Source of the DNA: Thermoplasmata archaeon
Lineage (GTDB): Archaea > Thermoplasmatota > Thermoplasmata > Halarchaeoplasmatales > Halarchaeoplasmataceae
NCBI GenBank assembly: GCA_019594305.1
Contig: JAFDTZ010000001.1
Location: 1 to 45,617, forward strand
Direction of reading: 5' to 3'
DNA length: 45,617 bases
The translations under genes were made by a program, and so were the position numbers. The notes below the pieces were generated by a model. That model was not told the origin of the DNA. It worked only from the letters and a program-made list of their open reading frames with translations, and searched no databases. Positions 27,247-37,758 of the stretch are shown here, piece after piece. The number at the start of each line of letters is the position of its first letter. The first letter of the stretch is position 1.

Positions 27247-28056
27247 ATGATGATATACTTAGGACCGGGGGGTACACCCCATGGAGTAAAGGGTACGGAG
27301 GCGAGCATGGCCTACTTAGCCGAAGAGAGGCTTAATGCCATGGAAGTTCAATTTGTCAGGGGTGCCAGGATGAAGGATTCAACGGCAAAAAGTATAGGCG
27401 ATGAGGCCTCTAAACACGGCATACATCTGAGTATCCACGCGCCTTACTATATCAACCTTAACTCCGAGAAGGACGACATAATAGAAAAAAGTAAAGAGCG
27501 AATAATGAAGAGCGCACGTCTGGGCGATATAATGGGAGCTAAGGTTATCACGGTACATGCCGGTTACTACGGTGAACTCGGCAGTGAAGAAACCACCGAT
27601 ATAATCGGTGAGAATGTTGTCGAATGTGCTGAGATGATCGTTGAAGAATCTCTTAAGGTAAAGATAGGCCTCGAGCAGATGGGTAGAAAGAAAAGTTGGG
27701 GCACCCTTGACGAGATCGCAGATGTGATGAAGATGACTGAATTCGTCGTTCCCGTGCTGGACTTTGCACATTACCATGCACGATACGATGGAATACTTAA
27801 GACGGAGAAGGACTTTCGTGAACTGCTGAAAAAGTACGAAACCATCCACAACGGCCCGCTGCACTCGCATTTTTCCTCAATCGAATACAACGATACCGGT
27901 GAAAGGGCACATCTCAACGTGAATGACAGAGACCCTGACTTCTCTATGCTGGCACCGTTGCTAAAGGAAAAAGACTATGATATTACAGTCATATGCGAGA
28001 CTCCGGAGCTAGACCGTGACAGTCTAAGGATGAAGAAGATGCTGGAATCGGTTTAA
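27247..28056 (+). CDS. nfo: Endonuclease IV / AP endonuclease family 2 TIM barrel
   Basis: SIHAPYYINLNS, VHAG, GLEQMG, DFAH, HSHFS, ICETP motifs. Confidence 0.88.
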   Translation: MMIYLGPGGTPHGVKGTEASMAYLAEERLNAMEVQFVRGARMKDSTAKSIGDEASKHGIHLSIHAPYYINLNSEKDDIIEKSKERIMKSARLGDIMGAKVITVHAGYYGELGSEETTDIIGENVVECAEMIVEESLKVKIGLEQMGRKKSWGTLDEIADVMKMTEFVVPVLDFAHYHARYDGILKTEKDFRELLKKYETIHNGPLHSHFSSIEYNDTGERAHLNVNDRDPDFSMLAPLLKEKDYDITVICETPELDRDSLRMKKMLESV

Positions 28057-28157
28057 ATCCGTTTTTCATGAACAACCATTATGATGGTCAGAGAAAAGAG
28101 CAACGGAAAACTATTTTTTGTAATAGTCTATCTATATTAAACCCGGGGTAAAAGGTA

Positions 28158-29048
28158 ATGATACAACCGCTATATTATGACCAGGTAGTTGAATGGCGTC
28201 AAAAAAGGTTTAAGAATAGATGGAAAAAATTTGCCTGGAAATTGTTATATTCCACCTTATCTATCTTTACCCTAATTCTCGTCATCTATGTTTTCATATA
28301 TCTAACTAGATTCGAAACCGATGCTATCCAAAGGGTATTGGTCTATAACCTCGTTTTCGTAGGGCTTTACATCTTGTTCACATACGACGCCTTAGACGAA
28401 TACAGAGAACTCGGTTTGATCAGTAGTTTTATCTTTCCCATGGGATTTTTTTTATATATGACATTTTTTGCATCGGATCTATCGTTTATATCTTTTTTCA
28501 TATTACCGATAATCCTCGGCGGCGCGTATTTCTCGATATTGGATGTGCTGCGCGGTCGTGTGATACTCAAGAAAACACGGTATCCTCAAGAACAACCCGT
28601 ATTTTACTACGAAGACGGTTCCGTAAGATCGTACAAACGTAAACTGCTCCTTGAGCGGTGGAACATAATATGGTATAAGGTCCTATTCGTACTGAGCTTT
28701 TTCTTACTTTTTTTCGGTGCATTGATCCTGGATGTATTCATGTACATATTCAAGCCCGGCCCCCTGGTTACTTTTGCTGCATTGAACATGATCTCGATTG
28801 GTTTTATCTTGATGACCGCAGACATAGCTTGGACTGAGTTTAAGGAAAAAAGGTACATAAGTTCATTGTTAGCCTTGATCTACTGTGAGTTTATGTTCAT
28901 TCTTACCTCTTTTGGAAAGATAGTGATACCCCATGAAAACGCTATTTTTTTTGTGCTTTTTTTCGTTGTGCTCGTACTTGTTTCCCCGATCGACATGCTC
29001 ATGGTTTACATCCGAAATAAACTCAGAAAGGATCAGTGTAAGACTTGA
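28158..29048 (+). CDS. Hypothetical polytopic membrane protein with internal two-fold repeat
   Basis: 296-aa ORF with about 8 hydrophobic segments; the two halves share motifs. Confidence 0.7.
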   Translation: MIQPLYYDQVVEWRQKRFKNRWKKFAWKLLYSTLSIFTLILVIYVFIYLTRFETDAIQRVLVYNLVFVGLYILFTYDALDEYRELGLISSFIFPMGFFLYMTFFASDLSFISFFILPIILGGAYFSILDVLRGRVILKKTRYPQEQPVFYYEDGSVRSYKRKLLLERWNIIWYKVLFVLSFFLLFFGALILDVFMYIFKPGPLVTFAALNMISIGFILMTADIAWTEFKEKRYISSLLALIYCEFMFILTSFGKIVIPHENAIFFVLFFVVLVLVSPIDMLMVYIRNKLRKDQCKT

Positions 29049-29055
29049 ATTGATT

Positions 29056-31470
29056 TCAATCTACCCTCGCAACCCGTGACACACCATCCTCTTTTTGTAC
29101 CAAGTACTCCACATCAGCAAGATTGACTATCTCATTCTCGTGAGATACTATAACGATCTGATCCGCCGTTACCTTCTCCATAACATCCTTAAGGCGTCTC
29201 AACTGTTCACGGCTGAAGCCCGTTGTCGGCTCGTCCAGTACCAACAAATTGTTCTTAAGTTCAAGCTCTTTCTTTATCATCGTGTTGAATGCCAGCCTGT
29301 ATGCCAAAGCTACCGAGGTCCTTTCACCGCCGCTTATATCGTCAACAGGAGTGACGTGATTCTGTACGGTGATTATGGGTGCGAAGTTTTCATCTAAGGT
29401 GGCGTTTATTTCCGGATCATCCAATATCTCATCGAACCATGCCCTGAAGTAAGACTCGAAGTCCATGTTCAACTGTGCCATTCGGTGTTCTTCCATGGAA
29501 CGAATACACTCCTTGAGATCCCTGGTTATCCACGTTTGCATCGAATTTAATTCCGATGCCCTAACTTTGCATCCTTCCATCTTCTTCAACTCACGCTCCA
29601 GCGCCTCTATCTCTCTATTCAACCGCTTTATGGTACTCTGATGGTAGTTACGCTTTTCCTTTAACTTGCTGGTTTCTTTTATCAATCCCTCGTGCTCCCT
29701 TTTCAGCTTATTGAATTCCTCCTGTGAAAATTTCTGTTTAAGCTCTATAAGTTGTTTTTCTATCTCAGCCAGCTTATCCACCGTATCTTCAAGCTTGCTC
29801 TCTTTATCTTCTTTCTTCTTCACTAGTTCATTCTTTTTAGCTATCTTTTCTTCCAACTGCAACTTTCTGTCCCTGTACTTACGCAACTTTTTTTTCCTTT
29901 TCTCCAGAGCCTGTAGATCCTCTTTGCTGTGTTCGAACTCACCGATAATATCTTTTAGCTCAGCCATCTTCTTTTCTGTTGACTCGACCCTATCTTGGAT
30001 ATCGGGTAGCGATTTTAACTCCTTTTCCAACCTCTGCTTCTCCTTCTTCCGGTAACCGATATTTCTTTCAAGCTTCTCCATATGCTCCACCTCCACCCCC
30101 AAGGTACGGTGTTCCTCACTCTTTGTCTCCAGACCCTCTTTCAATTCTTCCTCTTTCTCTTCCTCTTCCCCTCTTTTACTCTCGAGTTCCTCCAAAATAT
30201 TATCTATGTGCTCTTCGCTTATGGGCTGTTTACATTTGCTACATTCACCCTGACCCTCCAAACCGGCCATCTCCTTCTTCTCTGTCTCTATTGCTTTAAT
30301 TTCGTTCTGTACGGTCCTGATGTCACCCTTCAAATCGGTAACTTCCCTTCGCAATTTCTCTTGTTGCTTCTTCGTATCTTCCAATCCTTCCGTTTCTTTT
30401 TCAAGCTTCTCGAGTTCCAGTATTATCTTACGTACGGCTTCTTCCTGGCTGTTCAACTTTTCTAGCTTTTCTGTTAAGTTCTTATGCTCTACCTGTAGGG
30501 TCTCCAGCCTTCGCTCCTTATCCGTCCGTTCTTGGATCTCCTCCCTCATCTTATCCACTTTTTCAGTGACTTCAACGTACTCCTCGTAGTGACCCTTTAT
30601 TTCACCGAGTTCTTTTTCTCCCTTAGCGATATCTTCGATCTCCTTATCTATATCATATATATTTTCCTTCAAAGCCTCCGCCAGACTCTTGAAACGCTCA
30701 CCCAGGGACTGTGCTTTGTTCTTCGTGTCTCTCAATTCCTCAAGCTCCTTCTTCCTGACAGTGATGTCCTCCAAGATAGCGTTCTTTTCTTCAAGCTTTT
30801 TTACGGTTTTCTTTTTTTCTTCATTCTCAAATTTTACCTCTTCTTTCTTATCTTCATATTTCTCCCGGTATTCTTCTATCCTCTCAGCTCTGGTTATCAA
30901 CCTTAGTATCTCCTTCTCCAGCCCCTTTTTTATCACCGAGATATTATCGACCGCTCTTTTATACTCTTCCAAATTGAAAATCTTGCGTACGGCTTCGAGC
31001 CGCTCTTCGTCCCTCATGGACAATATCGAGTTCATCTGTTCCTGAGGCGTGAATATGCTCATGTGGAACGTTTCGACCTTACCACGACTTTTCTCCCTCA
31101 ATCTTAAAAGTTCAAGTATCCTTTCCCTCATCTCCTCGGGACTGAGCTCAGTCTTTACATCGTCGGAAACAAGATACGATTTGTCGGGCTTCATACCGTT
31201 ACTAGTCCTCTTTATGCTTCGATAGGCGGTATAATCCGTTCCATCTACTGTAAAATCAAGCTCGACACTAGCACCGGTAGAATCATGCCTGGTTATCTTG
31301 TCGTAAAATCCCTGGTTGATCGCTCCGAAGAGCACGAATTCCAACCCTAAAAGTATGGAAGATTTTCCGGAGCCGATATCTCCCTGAAACAGCAGGACAC
31401 CTTCCTGGAAATCGATGGTTTCCTTCTTGTAGCTACGAATATTCTCCAGCTCCATCCGTCTGAGCATCAT
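29056..31470 (-). CDS. rad50: DNA double-strand break repair ATPase Rad50
   Basis: GDIGSGKSS, long coiled coil with CSKC zinc hook, ISGGE, LVLDEPT, IVSH. Confidence 0.95.
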   Translation of the reverse strand: MMLRRMELENIRSYKKETIDFQEGVLLFQGDIGSGKSSILLGLEFVLFGAINQGFYDKITRHDSTGASVELDFTVDGTDYTAYRSIKRTSNGMKPDKSYLVSDDVKTELSPEEMRERILELLRLREKSRGKVETFHMSIFTPQEQMNSILSMRDEERLEAVRKIFNLEEYKRAVDNISVIKKGLEKEILRLITRAERIEEYREKYEDKKEEVKFENEEKKKTVKKLEEKNAILEDITVRKKELEELRDTKNKAQSLGERFKSLAEALKENIYDIDKEIEDIAKGEKELGEIKGHYEEYVEVTEKVDKMREEIQERTDKERRLETLQVEHKNLTEKLEKLNSQEEAVRKIILELEKLEKETEGLEDTKKQQEKLRREVTDLKGDIRTVQNEIKAIETEKKEMAGLEGQGECSKCKQPISEEHIDNILEELESKRGEEEEKEEELKEGLETKSEEHRTLGVEVEHMEKLERNIGYRKKEKQRLEKELKSLPDIQDRVESTEKKMAELKDIIGEFEHSKEDLQALEKRKKKLRKYRDRKLQLEEKIAKKNELVKKKEDKESKLEDTVDKLAEIEKQLIELKQKFSQEEFNKLKREHEGLIKETSKLKEKRNYHQSTIKRLNREIEALERELKKMEGCKVRASELNSMQTWITRDLKECIRSMEEHRMAQLNMDFESYFRAWFDEILDDPEINATLDENFAPIITVQNHVTPVDDISGGERTSVALAYRLAFNTMIKKELELKNNLLVLDEPTTGFSREQLRRLKDVMEKVTADQIVIVSHENEIVNLADVEYLVQKEDGVSRVARVD

Positions 31471-32717
31471 TCGGGTTCACCTCCGAAGTCCGACAACGAT
31501 ACCTGGCCCGATGTGTCTTTCTCGGCGGACACCTTTCCTATCTTAACCCCGTTGATCAATGCCCATGCATCACTCCATAAACGCCCTTCGTAGTCGTCCT
31601 TTGTCTCGCCGTCGGCCTGCTCCGTCTTTAATATACTCAGCAGTTGACCGGCAAATGATATGTCCACACCTTCTGGTGTCCCGTACTCCTCCAGCAGGCT
31701 CTCCTCTACCTTTTCGGTACTCTCTTCCCTTACCTTGATCCTTTCCAGGTTCTTTCCCGATAGTTGTCTGCGATTGACGAACACCGTTTTAGCCCCTGCT
31801 TTCTCCAGTTTCTGCTTCACCTCGTTGAAGTCTATATCTTCTGGTACGCCCTCGGTGAGTTCACCGTGTACTTTAAGCAAGAAAATCTCTTCTGATATTT
31901 TTCCGGAATAGAGTGCCGATAACTTTTCTTCCAGCTCCCTTGTGCTCATACCGGTAGCATCCACATCTTCGCGCTTTATACCGAAGGAATCCAATTCGAT
32001 ATACACAGGGTTCCAGTCGTCAACTATGAAAAAACCTCTATGCTCTTCCCTCTCCAGGTCGGTATACGACGAACCGAAGGTAGCACCCGGGTAGGTGACA
32101 GGCGCACCGTCTTTGACATGCTCTAGCAACCTGTGTACATGCCCTCCCGCATAGTATTTATAACCGTCGGGCAATAAAGACATAGGCACGGTTTCGGACT
32201 CGTGTATATCAGCTGGCTTCATCTCTGACAAAGGTGTGTGGAAGACGAAGATAGCGTCACCGTCGGGTTCCTGAAAATCTATCGATTCGTAGTAACTTGC
32301 ATCCATTCGGTTCTTCCTACCGCTCATACCCGCGATGGATATCCCCGTAGGATCTTTTACATGTGACAGTTTACCTTCGTCGTGAAGATACTGCACCACT
32401 TTTTTGAATACCTGTGCACTCTCAAGCACATCTATCAAAGATGCCTTGGAGATGTTGAAGTCGTGGGAGCCGTAAACCGCATATATCCTGATACCACGGC
32501 CCCTTGCCTCTATCATAGCCTTCACAGCCCTGTTGACTACATCCATATCCGGATGGGGGTTGTGGAACAGGTCTCCCGCGATTATGATAAAATCTACTTC
32601 TCTCTCTATACAGATATCGACAGCCTCTTCGAAGGCCTTAAGATTGTATTCCCTAAGCTCGGGATTGCGCCCGAAAGCACCCAGGTGACAGTCTGCCATA
32701 TGTGCGAACCTAACCAT
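31467..32717 (-). CDS. mre11: DNA double-strand break repair nuclease Mre11
   Basis: ADCHLG, AGDLF, GSHD, GGHVH, YPGA phosphoesterase motifs; start ATG 32717. Confidence 0.95.
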   Translation of the reverse strand: MVRFAHMADCHLGAFGRNPELREYNLKAFEEAVDICIEREVDFIIIAGDLFHNPHPDMDVVNRAVKAMIEARGRGIRIYAVYGSHDFNISKASLIDVLESAQVFKKVVQYLHDEGKLSHVKDPTGISIAGMSGRKNRMDASYYESIDFQEPDGDAIFVFHTPLSEMKPADIHESETVPMSLLPDGYKYYAGGHVHRLLEHVKDGAPVTYPGATFGSSYTDLEREEHRGFFIVDDWNPVYIELDSFGIKREDVDATGMSTRELEEKLSALYSGKISEEIFLLKVHGELTEGVPEDIDFNEVKQKLEKAGAKTVFVNRRQLSGKNLERIKVREESTEKVEESLLEEYGTPEGVDISFAGQLLSILKTEQADGETKDDYEGRLWSDAWALINGVKIGKVSAEKDTSGQVSLSDFGGEPE

Positions 32718-32721
32718 CGTC

Positions 32722-34221
32722 TCACCCGAAGAACTCCAGCTTCGTCTTTTTTCTTCCCCCTTCCACGACATCATCGAAGAGGTCTATCTTTATGGGTACG
32801 GCGAACTTGGTGAATATGCTACTCACCAGGGCCTCGCCCTTGTCCAAGCTGGCGATGTTCTTTCCGTCTTTTGAAAGGTCTTGGGCGGCACTACCGATTA
32901 TCGCTTCTCTCTCGCTCTTCATCTCGTTACCGAGAATGATCTTGGTGTTCATGTTAGCCAGTATCTCACGTGGTATCATACTGGACAACTGGGTTATGGC
33001 GATGAGTCCGACCCTGAACTTTCGTCCCTCCCTAGCGATGGAATGGAAAACATTCCTGCCACCTCGTTCGCCCAGCACTCTCGGTGCTTCCTCGATCACT
33101 ATACCGATGGTCGGTTTGCTGTCCAGTTCCCCCAACTCCTTGTATTTTTTATATCGGTTGAATACCCTGTCGGTGATCATACCGGCTATCAACAACTCCT
33201 TGTCTCCCGACATAGAACTAGTATCCAAAATCACCTTTTTTCCGTCCTCCAGTGCATCGGCTATCTCGTTGACCATGTTGTCCGAGCCTTGGGTAACGAA
33301 TATACTGCCTCTCGGCACTACCTCACCGTTTACCATACGTACGTCGAAGGAAAGCTGCAGTTTACGCTGCAGAACATTAAGAGTGGTTTCGTGGATGCCG
33401 TGGGCCTTAGCATCTTCAGCTTCCGCCCTTAATATCGCCTTCAGCCAATTATCGTGATATATATTGTAGTACACGTACATGGCCTGACTTTGGGCGTCAG
33501 TTATGTCGATGATCCCCCTGAGGTTCCACGGTCTAAGCAGAGATATATTTATCCTCAGGCTATAGCCACCTTTCGGCGGGTTCGGTGAATAGTACAGTAC
33601 TTTATCTCTGGCATCATGGTGGTCCTTTATACCTATCTCGTTACGGCCGAAGTATTCATCGTGGGGATCTATCACCAGGACCCCGCACCATTCCTTGGGA
33701 ACCATGTCCCAAAGCATCACCTTGACAAGGTTACTCTTTCCGCGTCCTGTGGTTGCGGGTATCAATATATGGTGAGAGAGGGCCTCCTTGCCGTTGATCT
33801 TTACCGGTACATCCAACACCATGCTGCCGCTCCGTACCTTGCCGAGATACAGACTGTTCTCCGGTTCCTCCATAAAGTAAAAATCATCCTTCTTCACCCT
33901 GTCCACAGTACCGAAGAATCCCGGCAGTCGCTTCGGTATCTTTGCTACTCCTTTTTTGACATGTACCAGCGGTTTGGCTTTGGCACTCACATAATTCCTT
34001 ATCTCCTCTTCCATCAGTGAGGTATCGTCGTAACCTTCCAGCTGCATACCGCTCATCCTAGCTATGTCAGTATCTTCCAGCAACGAACCGTATGCAAGGT
34101 CGTACACTTGAAGAATGATGTCGTCTATGGACAGCAAGTCACCGATCTCTATGATCTGTCCGCTTTTTTGCCTTACCAGAAGTTCGCCGTATTCTCCGCC
34201 TATTATCTGTCCTACTACCAT
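32722..34221 (-). CDS. herA: HerA helicase/translocase
   Basis: [35 protein letters not shown] motifs; operon context. Confidence 0.94.
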   Translation of the reverse strand: MVVGQIIGGEYGELLVRQKSGQIIEIGDLLSIDDIILQVYDLAYGSLLEDTDIARMSGMQLEGYDDTSLMEEEIRNYVSAKAKPLVHVKKGVAKIPKRLPGFFGTVDRVKKDDFYFMEEPENSLYLGKVRSGSMVLDVPVKINGKEALSHHILIPATTGRGKSNLVKVMLWDMVPKEWCGVLVIDPHDEYFGRNEIGIKDHHDARDKVLYYSPNPPKGGYSLRINISLLRPWNLRGIIDITDAQSQAMYVYYNIYHDNWLKAILRAEAEDAKAHGIHETTLNVLQRKLQLSFDVRMVNGEVVPRGSIFVTQGSDNMVNEIADALEDGKKVILDTSSMSGDKELLIAGMITDRVFNRYKKYKELGELDSKPTIGIVIEEAPRVLGERGGRNVFHSIAREGRKFRVGLIAITQLSSMIPREILANMNTKIILGNEMKSEREAIIGSAAQDLSKDGKNIASLDKGEALVSSIFTKFAVPIKIDLFDDVVEGGRKKTKLEFFG

Positions 34222-34231
34222 ATGATCTCAC

Positions 34232-35269
34232 CTAAATATCGCTCAATATATCGTGGGCGTTCATGGAGTTCACCTTGTAATGCATGGACTTCCCCATCAT
34301 GCCCGTTCCCAGTGTTCTGAGGTACTTCACCTCCTCGTCGGTCACACGAGCCCTTTTGTCCGCGTCTACTAGCCCGTAAGGATACCCGAGGAATATGGGA
34401 TCCTTGGCCTGTACCGCGAGTTCGCCTAAAACCTTATCCACCGGTATATCTTGCTCCCGATGGAACTCAGTTCGGAACACGTAGTCGGAAGACCCGTGGT
34501 ACTTAATAACATAAATATCTCCCATGTGGTCCGGGTGACGGTTAGCCGCTACGGGATGGTAGTACCACCTTCCTCCCGTAATATCATCCGCCATGCCCCT
34601 TATTGCCGCCAGTAGGGGGTACCCCGTGGTGGTCATCAGTGAACTCGTCTTCGCGATTCCAGTCAGTATCACGCCCTTCTCCATACATCCTTGGTAAAGG
34701 TCATTTGCGTAACCACGTTCCTCCTCCACGCTCGTCTGAAGTACACCGTCCTTGACCAGTATATCACCTTTATCCAGATGCTCTTTCACCGCGTACTTTG
34801 CCACGAGCCATTCCAGGTAACGCCTCACGGTGTGTCCGGCATTCATCATGCTTCCGCCGTCGATCTCGTCCCTGCTAAGGACGAATTTGCGTTCTCCCAG
34901 AGGGATGGTAGAGTTTATGGGGTATAGGATAGAAACTATCCTGTCCTCAACCGGTCTTGAAACAAGGTAACCGCTGAAGGGTTCGATGTTCTTCACCCTT
35001 GTCCGGCCCCTGAAGAGGTTGAAATATACCCTTAGAAGGTGTATGCATTCCGACGGTGACTCAAATATGGTGTTGTTACCTCCGTCCACACTGCATATGA
35101 CCCTGTTATCGCTTACCGGCTCAAAATAATTGAAATTATCCGTTGATAATGGAAAGGGTTCATAGTACTGCTCCTGTTTAAAATAAGGCATCCCCCACTC
35201 TTCCGGTATGTGGTCCATGTCACTCAGCAGGTCCATCAGTTCACGTATCATTCTTTTACACCATATCAC
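34232..35269 (-). CDS. nurA: NurA nuclease
   Basis: VDGG, DGVL, GIAKTS, GYPYGLVDADKRARV motifs; upstream of herA-mre11-rad50. Confidence 0.92.
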   Translation of the reverse strand: MIWCKRMIRELMDLLSDMDHIPEEWGMPYFKQEQYYEPFPLSTDNFNYFEPVSDNRVICSVDGGNNTIFESPSECIHLLRVYFNLFRGRTRVKNIEPFSGYLVSRPVEDRIVSILYPINSTIPLGERKFVLSRDEIDGGSMMNAGHTVRRYLEWLVAKYAVKEHLDKGDILVKDGVLQTSVEEERGYANDLYQGCMEKGVILTGIAKTSSLMTTTGYPLLAAIRGMADDITGGRWYYHPVAANRHPDHMGDIYVIKYHGSSDYVFRTEFHREQDIPVDKVLGELAVQAKDPIFLGYPYGLVDADKRARVTDEEVKYLRTLGTGMMGKSMHYKVNSMNAHDILSDI

Positions 35270-35349
35270 CAGTGGTACTTAAAGGTTAAAGTCAGAGTAC
35301 GGTGAAAGTGGTTCACCAGCGGGATAAAACTTTATTAAATATAAACCTT

Positions 35350-36420
35350 TCACTGGCGGGGGCCTGCGGCATCGAGCATACGATTGAATAGATTGTAACA
35401 ATCTTCTATCTCGTCTTCGTACCCGTTCCTCAACAGGCCGACATCTATACGGGTAGGTTTCGAATTCTCCAAAAAGTCAATGAGGGTCTCCTTCGAACGA
35501 TCGAATATATCTTCGATGAATTCCGGCCTGTCGTGGAGTACGGACCTGCCGAATACTGAAAGGTACTTGAATGAGTTTCCCCCGTACCTTTCAATCTCAT
35601 CCGTTTCCGAGATCATTTTCAAAAATGAAACACCTATAAGATATGGAATACCGATGACCTTTTTCATGACTTTGTCATGATCCTTTGCATCGATCCTGAG
35701 TAGTTCGAAACCCATAGGCTGGAAGACGGACCTTACGACTTCGGCATCGGCCTCCCTTCCCTCTACCGGTATGATGACCACTCTTTTACCTTCGAGGTTT
35801 TTTGAGCCGCAGCCGAACATGGGATGTACACTCGCCACCTTTACGGAATCGGGAAATTCATTGTAGATACCGAGTACTTCATCCTTAAAGGTGGATATAT
35901 CGAAAACCGCTTTTTCATCGCCGGAAACCGCCATGTCCGCAAGCTCTTCGACTATTCCGGGTACGGTATCCGTCGGTGTAGCTATCATTATAAAATCGCA
36001 TCCCCTGTAAAGCTCGCTTATCGAAGAGTAACAGTGGAATTCATCCGTAATATTCATGGTATCGTAAAGGGCCACTTCCATCTTCATGGAGAATTCTTCC
36101 GCCAGTAACTTACCCATCCTACCGTATCCGATGATACCCATCTTCTTATTACTGAGGTGACTAGCATCCGTACTGCTCATGCTCGCCAATTCTTCTCTCT
36201 TGGTCTTGCTGATTATGCGATCAAATATGTCCCTGTATTCACCCGCTCTTTCTAATACCTTCATCTCCCTGCCCAGGTCTTCGACGGATATATCCCTTAA
36301 GGCCTTCATCTCGCCTATCTTACAGCCTAACTTAACCCGTTTATCGAGTAACTCGATTATCGCCTCGTCTATCTTGTCGATCTCTTTCCTGAGTTCATAT
36401 ATCTCTTCCAACTGGAACAC
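35350..36420 (-). CDS. tyrA: Chorismate mutase (AroQ) / prephenate dehydrogenase fusion
   Basis: LRKEIDKID..I..LL..R...IG..K......D..RE (CM type II); GIIGYGRMG, DISTFK, SVHPMFG (PDH). Confidence 0.88.
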   Translation of the reverse strand: MFQLEEIYELRKEIDKIDEAIIELLDKRVKLGCKIGEMKALRDISVEDLGREMKVLERAGEYRDIFDRIISKTKREELASMSSTDASHLSNKKMGIIGYGRMGKLLAEEFSMKMEVALYDTMNITDEFHCYSSISELYRGCDFIMIATPTDTVPGIVEELADMAVSGDEKAVFDISTFKDEVLGIYNEFPDSVKVASVHPMFGCGSKNLEGKRVVIIPVEGREADAEVVRSVFQPMGFELLRIDAKDHDKVMKKVIGIPYLIGVSFLKMISETDEIERYGGNSFKYLSVFGRSVLHDRPEFIEDIFDRSKETLIDFLENSKPTRIDVGLLRNGYEDEIEDCYNLFNRMLDAAGPRQ

Positions 36421-36487
36421 CTTGGGACTTCAGATAAACAATTCTATATCTATTTTTGGCTGCCCCTTGTTTGATACAATACACGGT

Positions 36488-37297
36488 TCAACCGGTAGAA
36501 GTGACTATATTTTGAGATGCCTTCATCCACGGATCCAAATCGCGCATGAGCTGGTGAAAATCCTCGAACCTTAGACTCTGTTTTCCGTCACATAATGCAT
36601 TTTCAGGTTCCGGGTGTACCTCGATCATGATACCGTCAGCCTCGATAGCCACAGCTGCCTTTGTAAGGGGTGTGATTAGGTTTCTGTTCCCTGCGGCATG
36701 GGATAGATCAACAACTATGGGCATGGAACAGCGTTCCTTTACCACAGGTACCGCCGAGATGTCAAGAGTGAACCGTGTAGAGGTCTCGAAGGTCCTTATG
36801 CCTCTTTCGCAAAGTATCACTTTCTCGTTCCCTTCGCTGATGATGTATTCGGCCGACTGGAGCCATTCATCTATTGTGTTACCGAAACCTCTCTTCAACA
36901 ACACCGGTTTGTCCGTCCTTCCCACTTCCTTTAAAAGGTCGAAGTTCTGGCTGTTCCGAGCTCCGATCTGTAATATATCTATGTACTTACACAAGAGCTC
37001 TACCTTCCTAGTGTCCATCACCTCGCTCACCGTGGGTAAACCGTATCTTTTGCCCGCATCGCTGAGCCATTTTAGGGCCTTCTCCCCATGGCCCTGGAAC
37101 GAGTAGGGTGACGAGCGCGGCTTGAAGGCTCCTCCTCTGAGAACATCCACGCCTATTTCCTTCAGAAAGCTTGCGGTTTTCATTATCTGTTCTTTACTTT
37201 CCACAGAACAAGGTCCGGCGATCAAGACGATATTTTCTCCGAACTTGACACCACCGACCTTTACCGCTCTCCTCTCATTTTCGATCTGGTTGTTCAT
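36488..37297 (-). CDS. aroF: 3-deoxy-D-arabino-heptulosonate 7-phosphate synthase, type I-beta
   Basis: IAGPCSVES, RGGAFKPRSSPYSFQG, QIGARN, LLKRG, LCERGIRTFE, IEVHP..ALCD motifs. Confidence 0.95.
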   Translation of the reverse strand: MNNQIENERRAVKVGGVKFGENIVLIAGPCSVESKEQIMKTASFLKEIGVDVLRGGAFKPRSSPYSFQGHGEKALKWLSDAGKRYGLPTVSEVMDTRKVELLCKYIDILQIGARNSQNFDLLKEVGRTDKPVLLKRGFGNTIDEWLQSAEYIISEGNEKVILCERGIRTFETSTRFTLDISAVPVVKERCSMPIVVDLSHAAGNRNLITPLTKAAVAIEADGIMIEVHPEPENALCDGKQSLRFEDFHQLMRDLDPWMKASQNIVTSTG

Positions 37298-37758
37298 CTA
37301 TCTTTCACCTCTTCGTTGTCTTTTTTTATTATATCCCGTATCATCTTTCCGTACGATGTAAGGGTCACCGGGACAGGGTCGTCCCTGCAGCCATAGTCTA
37401 TAAGGTAAAGATCTTTCAGTATACGGGCATTAAGTTTGAGGGTAGATACCGGTATATCGTATCTGTCACAAAGGTGGTTGAGCAATTTGTTAAGGGACCT
37501 TTTATCACCGTTAATATGCTCTAGTAGGAATCTCTGGTTATCGTTCAAAGCCCTTAAGAATAGATTTCTAAATACTTCAACGTGCTCTTCGGCGCTACCC
37601 TCTAGCGGGGCAACAGATATTGGCGGGGCATCACGACCGTACTCTTCTCGAATTGGCAGGGCATCACTATCACTTATATCACAAACAAAAGGGCTTATAT
37701 TTAAATCATTGGATTGGTCAACCGGTCTATAAGGTTTCATGGTAACACTTCGGTACAT
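37294..37758 (-). CDS. Small winged-helix protein, probable regulator of the aro genes; start uncertain
   Basis: SLNKLLNHLC...IPVSTLKLNARILKDLYLI...VTLTSYG wHTH pattern; stop overlaps the aroF start (ATGA). Confidence 0.7.
   Translation of the reverse strand: MYRSVTMKPYRPVDQSNDLNISPFVCDISDSDALPIREEYGRDAPPISVAPLEGSAEEHVEVFRNLFLRALNDNQRFLLEHINGDKRSLNKLLNHLCDRYDIPVSTLKLNARILKDLYLIDYGCRDDPVPVTLTSYGKMIRDIIKKDNEEVKDR

Noticed and set aside
29056..35269. HerA plus nuclease as an anti-phage system
   Set aside because: This is the canonical archaeal nurA-herA-mre11-rad50 repair operon.
37619..37667. Mini-CRISPR
   Set aside because: Only two 16-bp units with a 17-bp spacer and no cas genes.
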